From NCBI RefSeq assembly GCF_030028105.1, contig NC_092391.1, positions 24,773,223-24,837,222 of the forward strand: a stretch of 64,000 nt of DNA, given 5' to 3'. Positions 1 to 11,095 of this stretch are shown in pieces. The position numbers and the translations under genes were made by a program. This stretch comes from Mobula birostris (Eukaryota). Positions within the stretch are counted from its first letter, which is position 1; each line of letters begins with the position of its first letter. A model generated the notes under the pieces. That model did no database searches and was not told the DNA's origin. It saw only the letters and a program-made list of their open reading frames with translations.

Positions 1-568
1 AATGGTAAGGTTTAGAAAAAGCATTTCAAGATTTGGAGTTAAGTCAGCTAAAATCACAGGCATCAGTTGTGAACTGTTAATATTTTCACACTAATTTATA
101 TATTTTTTTAACTGTAATTCAGCTTTTATTATGTATTGCATTGTACTGCTGCTGCATAACAACAAATTTCTCAACATATGCTGGTGATTCTGACTCTTGA
201 TTTCTAATTAGCATTATTGAATTGTTATACAATATCTTAAAAACTTGATTTATATTGGGCAGAAGTAGTTGTATTGACGATGGTGCAAGAGCAAAGGTGA
301 TAACGTTTTTGATTATTTAGTTTTTTTTTTGTATGAAGTTCCACAATTAAGTTGTGTGGGGTGACATGTTGGTTTTAAATCAGGTGCTGATTGTAGTTTA
401 ACTAAGGTCAGTTACATTGCTTTCGGCTTCAGTTTACTCAGGATCATTTGCAGTATTCCAATCACTTTAGACTGTGTAATGTGGAAAATTGGGATTTCTG
501 TATTGTAATGGGATAGGGAGTTTTGTATTGTGGAATAACTTATTTTTTAAATGTACATTATTCTGGAG

Positions 569-1644
569 TAGTGGTCACCAACCTTTTTAAGCCCAAGATT
601 CCCTACCTCAGCCTTAGTGAAAGGCAAGATCGAACTACTAAATCGTTTAGTCACACACATGCGCACCGGGCAGAAAAGACTGGAAGTAAAACCCCGCAAC
701 CCAGAAACAACCTCTCTTTACAAACAGCTCTCCATAGCTGGAGTATTGCTATATATTACCATTATCTTAATTAGTATTACTTATTTTTATAATGCTCACA
801 TTACAACACCTTTAATTCTATGTTTCATTATTTAATTTTATTTCAACACGAAAAATAAATGAATAAAAATTGACTGTTGCACTCAGTGTGATGACTGGGG
901 CTGAATACTTTCTGCTAGTTCCCTGAAATTTGACTCATAACTACAGATAGCCAGTCTGAGACAGTCTGTGAGGTGTCTGTCAGTAAGATAGCTCCTGTAC
1001 TTAGATTTCATAATTTTCATCTGTTGCAGCACAGCACCCTCGCCAACCTCCTGACAGACTGAATATTTGAACAGACAGTTTCCTTTGTTAGACTGAATGT
1101 TGAACCTGCCACGTTTTTCAAGTGTTTTGTATTGGTAAACTGCTACTGAGGCACTAGTTTTAAGTTTCAGAGGTATGCAAGATAATGACACCACTGTTTT
1201 TTTGTTTCCCAGTTATTTACATTTGGGGAATGTTGGAATTTAAAGGGGGAGAAGTATTGCAATGTCAGCATTATAAAGATAAGTTAATACAAATTAGGAT
1301 AATGGTAATATAGCAATACTCCCGCTACGAAAAGCTGTTTGTAAAGGGAGGTTGCTTCCGGGTTGTGGGGTTTTATTTCTGGTCTTTTCCACCATGGTGT
1401 GTGGTGGGGGAGCTATACACACATGCATACTGGGCAGAAAGAATGGAACTAAACCCTGCAATCTGAAACAATCTCTCTTTACAAACAGCTTTAAGTAGCT
1501 GGAGTATTGCTAAATTACCATTATCCTAAGTAGTATTACTTATTTTTATAATGCTTACATTACAACAGTATTTGTGTATTTATTTTTCATTTTTTTCGGG
1601 ATCTACTGGGAAAGTCTCAAAGATCGACCGGTTGGCAACCACTA
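569..1644 (-). mobile_element. Non-autonomous hAT (Charlie/SPIN-like) DNA transposon with transposase C-terminal remnant
   Basis: TIRs TAGTGGTCACCAACC / GGTTGGCAACCACTA. 8-bp TSD TTCTGGAG (561-568) / TTCTAGAG (1645-1652). The minus ORF ends MKSKYRSYLTDRHLTDCLRLA...QPQSSH, typical of a Charlie-type transposase C-terminus. Confidence 0.85.
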
Positions 1645-1791
1645 TTCTAGAGTCATCCTACATTTGGTACAATAATATATTGCTTGTGTTACTGACTTAA
1701 TTAACATCTAGAGGCTTGGATGAGTGATCCTAAAATGGCAGCTGGGGAATTTAAACCAAAATAATGAAGTGAACCTGGCATAAAAACAGCA

Positions 1792-2303
1792 CAGGTGTCC
1801 CCTGCTTTATGAACGTTCACTTTACGCCACTTCGCTTTTACGAAAGGCCTACATTAGTACTGTTTTCACTAACTGAAAGAGGATTTTCGCTTTTACGAAA
1901 AAAGACGCTTGCTTTAAACTTGTGTTTACCCTGAGAAATACTACCATGACTGTGAAGCCTTGCGCGGGCAGGTGTGTGCGCATGTGTGTACGTGCCAATT
2001 TTTTTCTACAAATTGGTTTTGGCTAAATCTTCCTGATTCTGTTAAGTGAAACTACACTGTACATATTTTTTCTAACTTTATATAGGCTGTGTATTTATCG
2101 TATCATGCCTGCTTTTACTATATGTTAGCGTTATTTTAGGTTTTATGTGCTATTTGGTATGATTTGGTAGGTTATTTTTTGGGACTGGGAATGCTCAAAA
2201 AATTTTTCCCATATAAGTGGTAATTGCTTTTTCGCTTTACACCATTTCGGCTTACGAACGGTTTCATAGGAACATTCTACCTTCGGATAGCGAGGGAAAC
2301 CTG
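1792..2303 (+). mobile_element. Tigger/pogo-type MITE
   Basis: Ends CAGGTGTCCCC...GGGAAACCTG followed by TA. Homologous to 3041-3596 (inverted) and to the ends of 51204-53694. Confidence 0.85.
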
Positions 2304-3040
2304 TACTGTGAAACTTCAGAATAATTGTAAAATTTGAATTGATACTTGAATAGCTTTCAGGAAAAGAAATATGCCACGTTTACCTGATCTGGCCTACTTG
2401 TGTCTCCAGATCCCAGGCAACATTGCTTACTTGGAATTGCCCTCTAAAATGGCTTAGCAAGCCAATCTGTTCAAAGCACAGTTTGGACGGCCAATCAGTA
2501 TTGGTCTTTACTGCAGTGTCTTTATCAGAATAAACAAATTTAGGTCTATTTGGACAGGAATATAATTTACAATTTATTCAAGTGATCATGGAGTACACTT
2601 CTCGATTTGTTTGTTGCTTGAGCATCCCATTCATTTTAGAGAAAATGTCTTCCTGCTGTACCATAAAATATTTAATGCTTTTAAAAAGATTAATTTCCTA
2701 GAGTTAGTCCTATTCATTAAATTATGTAAGATTGTTTGATCGTAAAATGTTTATATATAATTAACAGGTATAATGCATAATGCAGTTGAATTTCAAGTAA
2801 AAATGGACTTTATTAGGTACACTGATTAGGTGGGACCGAGTGAGAGAATTTAAACATTTATTATTAAACATATAGGAGTGGAAAGGTTTCAGGCTTCATA
2901 ATAACTACAATGAAAGCAGAAAATGCTCGAAATATTTGGGATAGGCATCAACTGTTTAGTGAGACTAATAATGTTAATTGCAATGGAATGTATCTCTGAG
3001 AGAATTCTAAAGACTTTTAATTCTTTGTATAAAGAAGTTA

Positions 3041-3596
3041 CAGGTTTCCCCTGCTATCTGAAGGTAGAGCGTTCCTATGAAACCGTTGGTAAGCCAAAAT
3101 GGCATAAAGCGAAGAAGCAATTACCATAAATTTATATGGGAAAATTTTTTGAGTGTTCCCAGACCCAAAAAATAACCTACCAAGTCATACCAAATAGCAC
3201 GTAAAACCTAAAATAACACTAACATACAGTAAAAGCAAGAATGATATGATAAATACACAGCCTATATAAAGTAGAAATAAAGTATGTACAGTGTATTTTC
3301 ACTTAACAGAATCGGGAAGTTTGAGCCAAAATTGAGTTGTCAAAAAAAAATGCACGTACACGCACGTCACGCATGCACACGTACTCTCATTCACACGTCA
3401 CACATGCGCGCACACCTGCCCGGGCAAGGCTTCATGGTCATGGTAGTCTTTCTTGGGGTAAACACAAGTTTAAAGTGAGCATCTTTTTTCGTAAAAGCGG
3501 AAATCCTCTTTTGGTTAACGAAAACAGGTACTAATGTAGCTCTTTCGTAAAAGCAAAATGTCATAAAGAGATCATTCAGAAAGCAGGGGGCACCTG
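3041..3596 (-). mobile_element. Tigger/pogo-type MITE (inverted copy of the same family)
   Basis: TA-CAGGTTTCCC...GGGGGCACCTG-TA. Reverse-complement similarity to 1792-2303. Confidence 0.85.
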
Positions 3597-4371
3597 TACT
3601 CCAGCTCCTTATCCTGATATATTGCTCCTAATTTCTGAACAAGTAAGAGAAAACATTTTTCGGCAGGGACCCTGTCAATTCCTTTGAGAATGTTGTTGTA
3701 CTAAATGAGGTCCCTTCTTACTGTTTGGCTGTTTCAGATCCTTTGTCTTCCTCGTATCTTGTTGTTTCATCAGCAAATTTGGTCCTTCATCTAAGTTATT
3801 AAAATGCATTTTACATAATTGAACCCTAGCACTAGTTCAACTGAAAATGCCCCAGTTTTCCTCTGTTGTGCTAAACTTACATTTATATTAGAGATGCCCT
3901 GATTACAAGGAACCCTGACCCTGCATTATGAGGGTTCTGTTTCTAGGAAATGGTCTGTATTGCAGTTTTCCATAAGACAAAACACTATTTCCCATTGAAT
4001 CCCATATTATGGATAGAGACAAGTTGCTATGGGATGTTTTTCTCTCAACAATAATAATAGTAATGAATGCTGCTGGCTCATGGCAGGTAGGTCACTTAAG
4101 AGATTGCCTTGTCAGTATTTAAAGCAAATTCCTTAAGTGACCATCTGTTGCCATTGGAAACAAAAGTGACTTAAGATGCTGTAACCTGGACCTAAAAACT
4201 ACTTGAAGCCTGGAAAGTGACAGGTAGAGGTTAATGATAAGGAGAGGGGGGAAAGAAGGCAGGTCGTTCGGTTCAGTGGGGGGGAAGGATAAGGTGGAGC
4301 CAGGTTGCATCCTCTTCAGTCTCCACTTATTACTGCCAAGACTTCAGTTTTAGTGGAGGTATACACTTTAT

Positions 4372-5196
4372 TTGGGAATCAAAGTTGGTGGTGAAAACAT
4401 CAATAATTTCAGATATGCAGATGACACTGTGTTAATTGCAAATACGGAGGAAGAACTACAAAACTTAATTGATATAATTTTTGAAGAAAGTGCAAAAATG
4501 GGTCTATCTATCAATTGCAAAAAGACAATGTATGATGATATCCAAAAAGAGGGAGAATCCTATCTGCAGGCTGAGAATAATTGGGGAAGATGTAAAACAA
4601 GTAAAGAACTTTTGCTACTTAGGAAGCTGGGTGACATCAGATGGCAGATGTGACATGGACATCAAAAGAAGAATAGGGATGGCAAAAGACACCTTTACGA
4701 GAATGAAGAGTATACTGACCAATACTAAACTAGGCATGACAACCTGCCTCAGAGTACTGAAACGTTACATTTATCCAGTTATGTTATTTGGCTCAGAATG
4801 TTGGACAATATCTAGCTAGTAACATGAGGAAATGAATTGTAGCAGCAGAGATGTGGTTTTTGAAGACGCTGCAAAGAATATCATGGACGAAACGAATATC
4901 TAACGAGGATGTCATGAACAGAGCAAACACAAAAAGAGAAATAATGTATGAGATCATGAAAAGGCAAGGTAACTTCATTGGACATGTGATTAGGAAAGAG
5001 GAATTAGAATGCATGGTAATTATGGGAAAGATTGAAGGGAAGAAAGCAAGAGGAAGGCAAAGACAAATGATATGGAGACAGTAGCCAGAGAACTGGAAAT
5101 GAATACCAATGAATTGATCCACTTGACCCGAAACAGGAGTGTGTGGGCCATGGCAGTCAAAGCTCAAACTGGGCATGGCATTTGATGATAATGATG
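4372..5196 (+). mobile_element. 5'-truncated RTE-clade LINE (RT C-terminal part, frameshifted)
   Basis: GIKVGGENINNFRYADDTVLIA, FCYLGS and GKIEGKKARGRQR motifs. (TGA)n-like tail. 11-bp TSD ATACACTTTAT at 4361-4371 and 5197-5207. Confidence 0.9.
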
Positions 5197-5489
5197 ATAC
5201 ACTTTATAATACATATCAAATACAGATTAGATAGCTTAATGATTTAACTCACAACAAATAATTGATGATCCAATTTTACAGCTTGCACTTGTTGGCCTTA
5301 GTTTAAGACATCTATGAGGTAAATAATATGGGAAAACGTTTGAGAGGTGAAGGGGAATGATTTTGTGAAAAAATACTGCCATATTATATGTGTGTGCATT
5401 AAGAAATGAGAGGTAAAATATTAAAATAGATAAAATTTTGGTGTTTCTTTTTTCCTTGGCCGAATACTGAATGCAAGCGCAGGGAGGTT

Positions 5490-5935
5490 GTGCTCCAACT
5501 TTTTTTAAAAGAGACATTGGTCAGACTTCAGCAGAAGTACTGCATGTGGTTCTGGTCACAACGCTATATGAAAGACATCACAACAGGAGAGGGTGCAGAG
5601 GAAATTTATCAGGATGTTGCCTGGCATGTAGCAACTCAGTTATGAAGTGACACTAAACAGTCTTGCTCAGTTTTCCCTAAAGCAAAGGAGGTTTGAGGAA
5701 TATAAAATCAAAGGGTGTAGATAGCTTGCAGGAAACCTTTCCCCTTACCAGAGGCAACTAAAACTAGAAAATGTAGACACAGGTTAAAGTGTAAGGGATT
5801 TAGAGTGAATATGAGGGGGAACCTTTCTCACCCAGAGAGTGTAGAATACATGGAATATGCTGCTGGAGAGAGTGGTGAAATCAGAGTTGCTTCAGCATTT
5901 AAAAATTATCTAGTCATTTGAATTATCCAGTCATT
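5490..5935 (+). mobile_element. Degenerate CR1 LINE 3' fragment
   Basis: Resembles the CR1 ORF2 end seen at 63570-64000 (TTCTGGTCAC..., GAGAGGGTGCAGAGGAAATTTATCAGGATGTTGCCTGG). Boundaries approximate. Confidence 0.6.
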
Positions 5936-6753
5936 TGAATTATGCTGCTTGTGCATGGGAGAGGGGAGCTTGGGGGCACTTTGTGGTTGTAACGTTTAAT
6001 TTCAGGACACTTCTCTGTTTTCGTGGATGTTTGCAAAAAAAGAAAGTATTTCAGGATGTATATTGTAAAATTGCCTGACATTAAATGTACTGATTGAACC
6101 TATTGAAGTGCTGCAAGATAGAATTAATAGTTGAGATAGAAGGTAGTAGCCAGGTGGGACAGTATTCTAGCTTCCTGTTTCTGGGTGACTTCAGAAAGAT
6201 CAATTGGGGAAAGGAAGTTACAGCTCAAGGGGTGTTTTTATTCTCTTCATTTCATAATACCAACTGGTTCAAAACAGTTTGACACCTTTTGAGTTTTTGG
6301 TAATGGTCAATTACCAAAATTGAGAAATTGAAATTTGCTGTGAAAGAATTTGTGCTTATTCTTTCAGGGTTTTTGGACTAATCATGCAGTCTATTAGGGT
6401 GAAGACACAAGACTGCAATTACTTGAATCTGGAGCAAAAAAATTATCTTCCAGAGTTGCTCAGTGAGTCGGTCAGCATCTGTAGGGGGTAAACGATAGTC
6501 AATGTTTTAGGTCAAGACCCTACATTTCTCCACAGATGCAAGACACTTGCTTAGTTCTTCCAGCAGCTGGGTTTTTCCATTATATTATACACTTTCATTC
6601 AGAGATGAGTGCAGCTTCAGCTAGAACTAGAATGGTATAACACTTAAAAAAACAGGAATCATTTCAAAGACTTCCCCTTTTTTAAATGAAACCACTAGCC
6701 AAATCCTCTTCCATGTGGCAGCTGTATCATTTATGTTCTCTGTTTCTCACTAG

Positions 6754-6867
6754 CTTGCTAAGTACTCTCTGCGACCTTTCTGCACTGTTTGCAGCCGACA
6801 TTTCAAAACCCCCCGCAAGTTTGTGGAGCACATGAAGTCGCCAGAGCACAAGCAGAAAGTGGAAGAG
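6754..6867 (+). CDS. CIZ1: CIZ1 internal exon (C2H2/U1-type zinc finger)
   Basis: tag|CTT...GAG|gta. Encodes LAKYSLRPFCTVCSRHFKTPRKFVEHMKSPEHKQKVEE, matching the recalled human CIZ1 SLRPFCTVCNRYFKTPRKFVEH motif. Phase 0-0. Confidence 0.93.
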
Positions 6868-9307
6868 GTACACTAAGCTTTTTCTAGGTTTTTCACTTGT
6901 TTCCTTAGTGGAATACAGGGGAAAAAATTAGTTTGTTTGAATTTTACTTTGGAATGGGTATACTTGTGACCTGGAACAGTGAAAGTAAATTGCAGAACTC
7001 AGTGGCAGTTTGCACTTGTATAGAACCCTTAATGTAATGAAACACAGAGCTTCACAGTATTTTTATCAAACAAAATTTAACAATGCGATACATAAGATGT
7101 TAGGACAACTAAATAAACAGTTGTATAAGAGGAGAGTTTTATGAATCACCGAAAAATTGAGAGAATAGGTAAAAGTTTATTATGCAGGTTTCAGAGCTTG
7201 GATAACTCAGTAATTAGTTACCAGAGATGGGGTGAAAAATCTGGAATGTGCAGGAAGCCAACATCGGGAGAATGGACAGTTCTTAGATAGAGGCAGTGAT
7301 GAATGAGGTTGTAGTTAATATGTCAAAAACATGAATTGACTTGAATACACTAATGAGAATTTCATTTTGATTTGCTGGACTAGGAACGAGTGTAGAGGTC
7401 ATAACCAGTCTGTGTTTTATGATGATTTGTGTAAATCTGTGATTTATGTAAATAGAAGAGAGTTGGGCAGGCAGTTTATTTTTGCGAATGTTGAGATATA
7501 CTCACACCAAAGTAGTTTGAAATATTTTAAATGCAAAAGAAACCATTATCTGAAAATTTACTTCGATAGGACATGTTCTTTAGGATCCCACTTTGACACC
7601 CTGGTCTTGGTTTTGTTAGTTTTGAATAAATTGTGTGTTCAACTCCACAACAAAACTAGGCTAATATAAAGTATGTGCAGTGCATCCTTTGAGTATATTT
7701 GAATTCCAATTTACTAATTGTTTGAATGCTGAAGCTGAAACATTTCGGACTCTGGGGAGATGCGGGTGCTAGGAATTTGCTGTCTCAGAGCCCAGAAACC
7801 AGAGTTCAACCATGATCTTGTGTGCTCTCTATGCTGAGTTCGTGCATTTTCACTGTGACGTTCATCCCAAAGACATTCAAATTGGCAGCTTATGTGGCCA
7901 CTGTAGATTGCCTGTAGTGTGGAGGTGGGTAGTAAAAAAGAGATGAGGGTAGGGATGGAAAGAGTCAAAAGGGGAATGTGGGGAAAATAAGTTGGATTAA
8001 CTTAATATGAGCTTTCTAACCAACTCTGTTTTTCTGCAAAGATAGGGGTTATGCACACTTACATTTGACCTTGTGGTCAATGATGTGACCAGATTGAGCA
8101 GATTTAGATACCCAGACTGCACATCCACAAAGCAAAGCTGAAGTCCAGATTATTGACTGAAGTTAAAGAAACTTAGGAAACAATGTTTGGCTCGTTATTT
8201 TTAATGGCTCCAAACAAGATTGAAAATGACTCTTCCAAATAGCTTTCTGTGCCACTCGGCAAAGTCATGTGTGATCTTTTGCCTCTGCTCCAGTTTGCTG
8301 CATTTAACCCATTTCTCTTGATCAATCTCTCCTTTCAACATGCTCAGTGACCAGGTCTCCACAGACCTCTTGTGTAGAGAATTTCATGGATTCATTACTC
8401 TATGGATGAAAAAAATGTCTCGTCTCAATCTTGATTACTCCACTCTTTATACTGAGCCTGTAACTCAAGTTCTGTACACTCCCAGCATGAGAACCATTGT
8501 CCTTTCATCACCCCTTTTAAGCCTGTAAAGAAAAAGATTGTCTGTCTCAACAAGCTTGCCAATTTCTTATGTGAGATCACTTTCAGAATCATTTTAGATT
8601 GCTGAAGGTAATCCCATGTGTACAGCAGTTTGACACAATTGAGTGTTATGTTAGACCAGTTCATAAGGTGGTTAAAGGAGCATTGCAGTGTGTCAGGAGT
8701 CACCTATTTATTAATATTCTCTAAGAAAACAGATACTTTTTTTCTTAGTATGAATAAATCATTTTTTTCCACTGATAGTTTCATGGTCACCATGACTGGT
8801 GTAACAAGATTTTAATTATCTGAACTTAAAATGCTTTGCAGCACTTGGATTTATACTTGTATTTGTGTCATTAATGCATTTTCTATATGAAAAATAACCA
8901 AATAGGTAGAGATATTAGAAAAGCATTTCCAATGATGACTCCTCTTCCTAATCTGATATCTCTAGATGCATCCAAGGATCTGTCCTTTTCGCCCTTCTCT
9001 TCATCATCCTGTCCCACGACAGCAGAATCAAAAATTTATTTGCCTTGAAAGACATTTCAAAACAGCGTGTTATTGAGCTCCTTCTCTTCACCTCCCTACT
9101 ACATTAATATTGTTGATTGCTAATTAAAAATCCAGATATGATCAATTCTTTGACATACTGGAAAAACTGAAAGCCACATAAGAGAGTGAGAAAATGTCAT
9201 TAGAAGATCTACACATGGGACATTTGAGAAATAGCAAATGATAAAAAATAAATCAATGTACTAGTTGTGTAAAAGTATGGTACATTGTTGAATTGTATGT
9301 TTCTCAG

Positions 9308-9472
9308 GTTAAGCTGCAGCGTAGTTCCCTGGATAAAGATCAAACTGGACAAGATGATCCAGAGGATATGATCACTGTTGATGCAGTTGGTTGCTTTGAC
9401 GAAGACGATGAAGAAGGAATGACTGAAGATGACAGTGGCTCTGAATGTTTAAGTGATGGGGATTCTCATCAG
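9308..9472 (+). CDS. CIZ1: CIZ1 exon (acidic region)
   Basis: cag|GTT...CAG|gtt. Encodes ITVDAVGCFDEDDEE, matching the CIZ1 ITVDAVGCF acidic motif. 165 nt, phase 0-0. Confidence 0.92.
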
Positions 9473-9904
9473 GTTTGTCAATATGATCTCAGAGTGCTTT
9501 GTATTTCCTAGTGATTCAATAATTGCTCATTTACGGTATGGGTGAGTTAAAGCTTTATTTTTAGCTATTCTATTACCAATATTATTTTTTGATATGTTAA
9601 TATTCTTAAACCCAAAGATATCATTTTCGATTGTGAAAATGTAGAATCTTTTTGTTTTAATGTCTTAACTGCAAGAAGTCTCTTGTATAGTACTGTTAAT
9701 GTAGTAAAGGCTTTTTGCCACATTATCAAACAAAATTTGACACTGAGCTATACATGATCATGATAAGACAGGCAAATCTTCCTCTTAAGAAGATGATTTT
9801 AAGGAGTATTCTTAATTAAGATCAAAATAAAGGTTTAGAGAAAGATTTTTGTAACTTGGGGGTTTGGAGAATGGAAAAGTGTAGCAATCATTGGTAGTGT
9901 AGGG

Positions 9905-10124
9905 CAGGGGTCCCCAACCTTTTTTGCATCGTGGACCGGTTTAATATTGACAGTATTTTTGAGGACCAGGTGGGCGGGGGGGGGGGGGTTTGTTCAAGTT
10001 TAACAGTGCATGACAGGGAATGAGGAAAGGTGCAGCTGACTCGTATTGTTTCATATTGCCAAATCATATTGTTTCCTCGTGGCCCTGTAGCACATCTTTG
10101 CGGCCCGCTGGTTGGGGACCACTA
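9905..10124 (+). mobile_element. hAT-Charlie MITE
   Basis: TIRs CAGGGGTCCCCAACC / GGTTGGGGACCACTA. Perfect 8-bp TSD GTGTAGGG (9897-9904, 10125-10132). Confidence 0.9.
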
Positions 10125-10536
10125 GTGTAGGGGGCAAAAAGGCAAGTATGTACAGGAGTATAAAGATCTCAGAGTTACAGAGCTGTAGTATATTGCAGAG
10201 ACAGGAAAGATGAATGACATGCAGGAATATTAAAATTAAGATGTTGCTTGACTAGCAGCTGTTGTGTATTAGCACATTCCATTATGGAAATTAAGTTCTT
10301 AATTTCTTTTCCCAGGGAACAAAGGAATTGCAAATAAATTGCAGTCTTTTAAAATAATGAGGGTATCAGGCCAAAATTGGTAAATATTTAGTTTGATACT
10401 GGTCATGGTGTTAGAGGTCATAGAAGCAAAACTCTGAACGAAGTTTAAAGTAGCAGAAGAAAAAATATAAAAGGATGGCAGTTGTGTAATGTGCGTGCTG
10501 CTGAAAGAGTGGTTTATTAGGCGAATGATGACCACT

Positions 10537-10784
10537 TGTTGGGCCACATGCCAGTTGTTGGGCACGTGGCCAAGTGGTTAAGGCATTCGTCTAGTTATCT
10601 CAAGGTCGCTAGTTTGAGCCTCAGCTGTGGCAGCGTGTTTGTGCCCTTGAGCAAGGTACTTAATCACACATTGCTCTAGTCTGTGCGAGGAGTGGCGCCC
10701 CACACAGACTTCCAATCTGTGCCTTGTAAGGCATGAAAATGCACGACGCAGGCCTCTCATAGTCTGAGTCGACATTCCCTCCCC
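10537..10784 (+). mobile_element. tRNA-derived SINE (CORE-like central domain)
   Basis: A-box TGGCCAAGTGG, decayed B-box GTTTGAGCC, CORE-like GTGCCCTTGAGCAAGGTACTTAA. 11-bp TSD TGATGACCACT (10526-10536, 10785-10795). Confidence 0.8.
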
Positions 10785-11043
10785 TGATGACCACTGAAGA
10801 AGAGAACTAAAATTTTAGAATAAACACTGTTTTCCCTAGTAAAAGGGAGAAGGAACTCAAAGGCCTTTTAATTAGGGGATCAGCAGTGAGCATGGTAGAG
10901 GTGATCAGAAAGAAACCCAACGTGGATAGCTTTTTTTTTGTCTGAATTGCTTGACTTCTTTGAAATAAAATTGAATTTACAATCTCTTAAATGTTAACTT
11001 TAGAATGGAGAGAAAAAAATAAACATGTGTCTTGTTCATTTAG

Positions 11044-11095
11044 GCTTTCATGTCAGAATTTCAGACGGAGCCATATGATGCAGAGACTGTATATG
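11044..11095 (+). CDS. CIZ1: CIZ1 small exon
   Basis: tag|GCT...TAT G|gtgag. Encodes AFMSEFQTEPYDAETVY-G; the phase-1 end joins the next exon to give YG-QEFVVPV (human YGVDFLVPV). Confidence 0.88.

Noticed and set aside
10561-10630. tRNA gene
   Set aside because: It is a SINE head with a decayed B-box, followed by a SINE body and flanked by a TSD; no complete cloverleaf.
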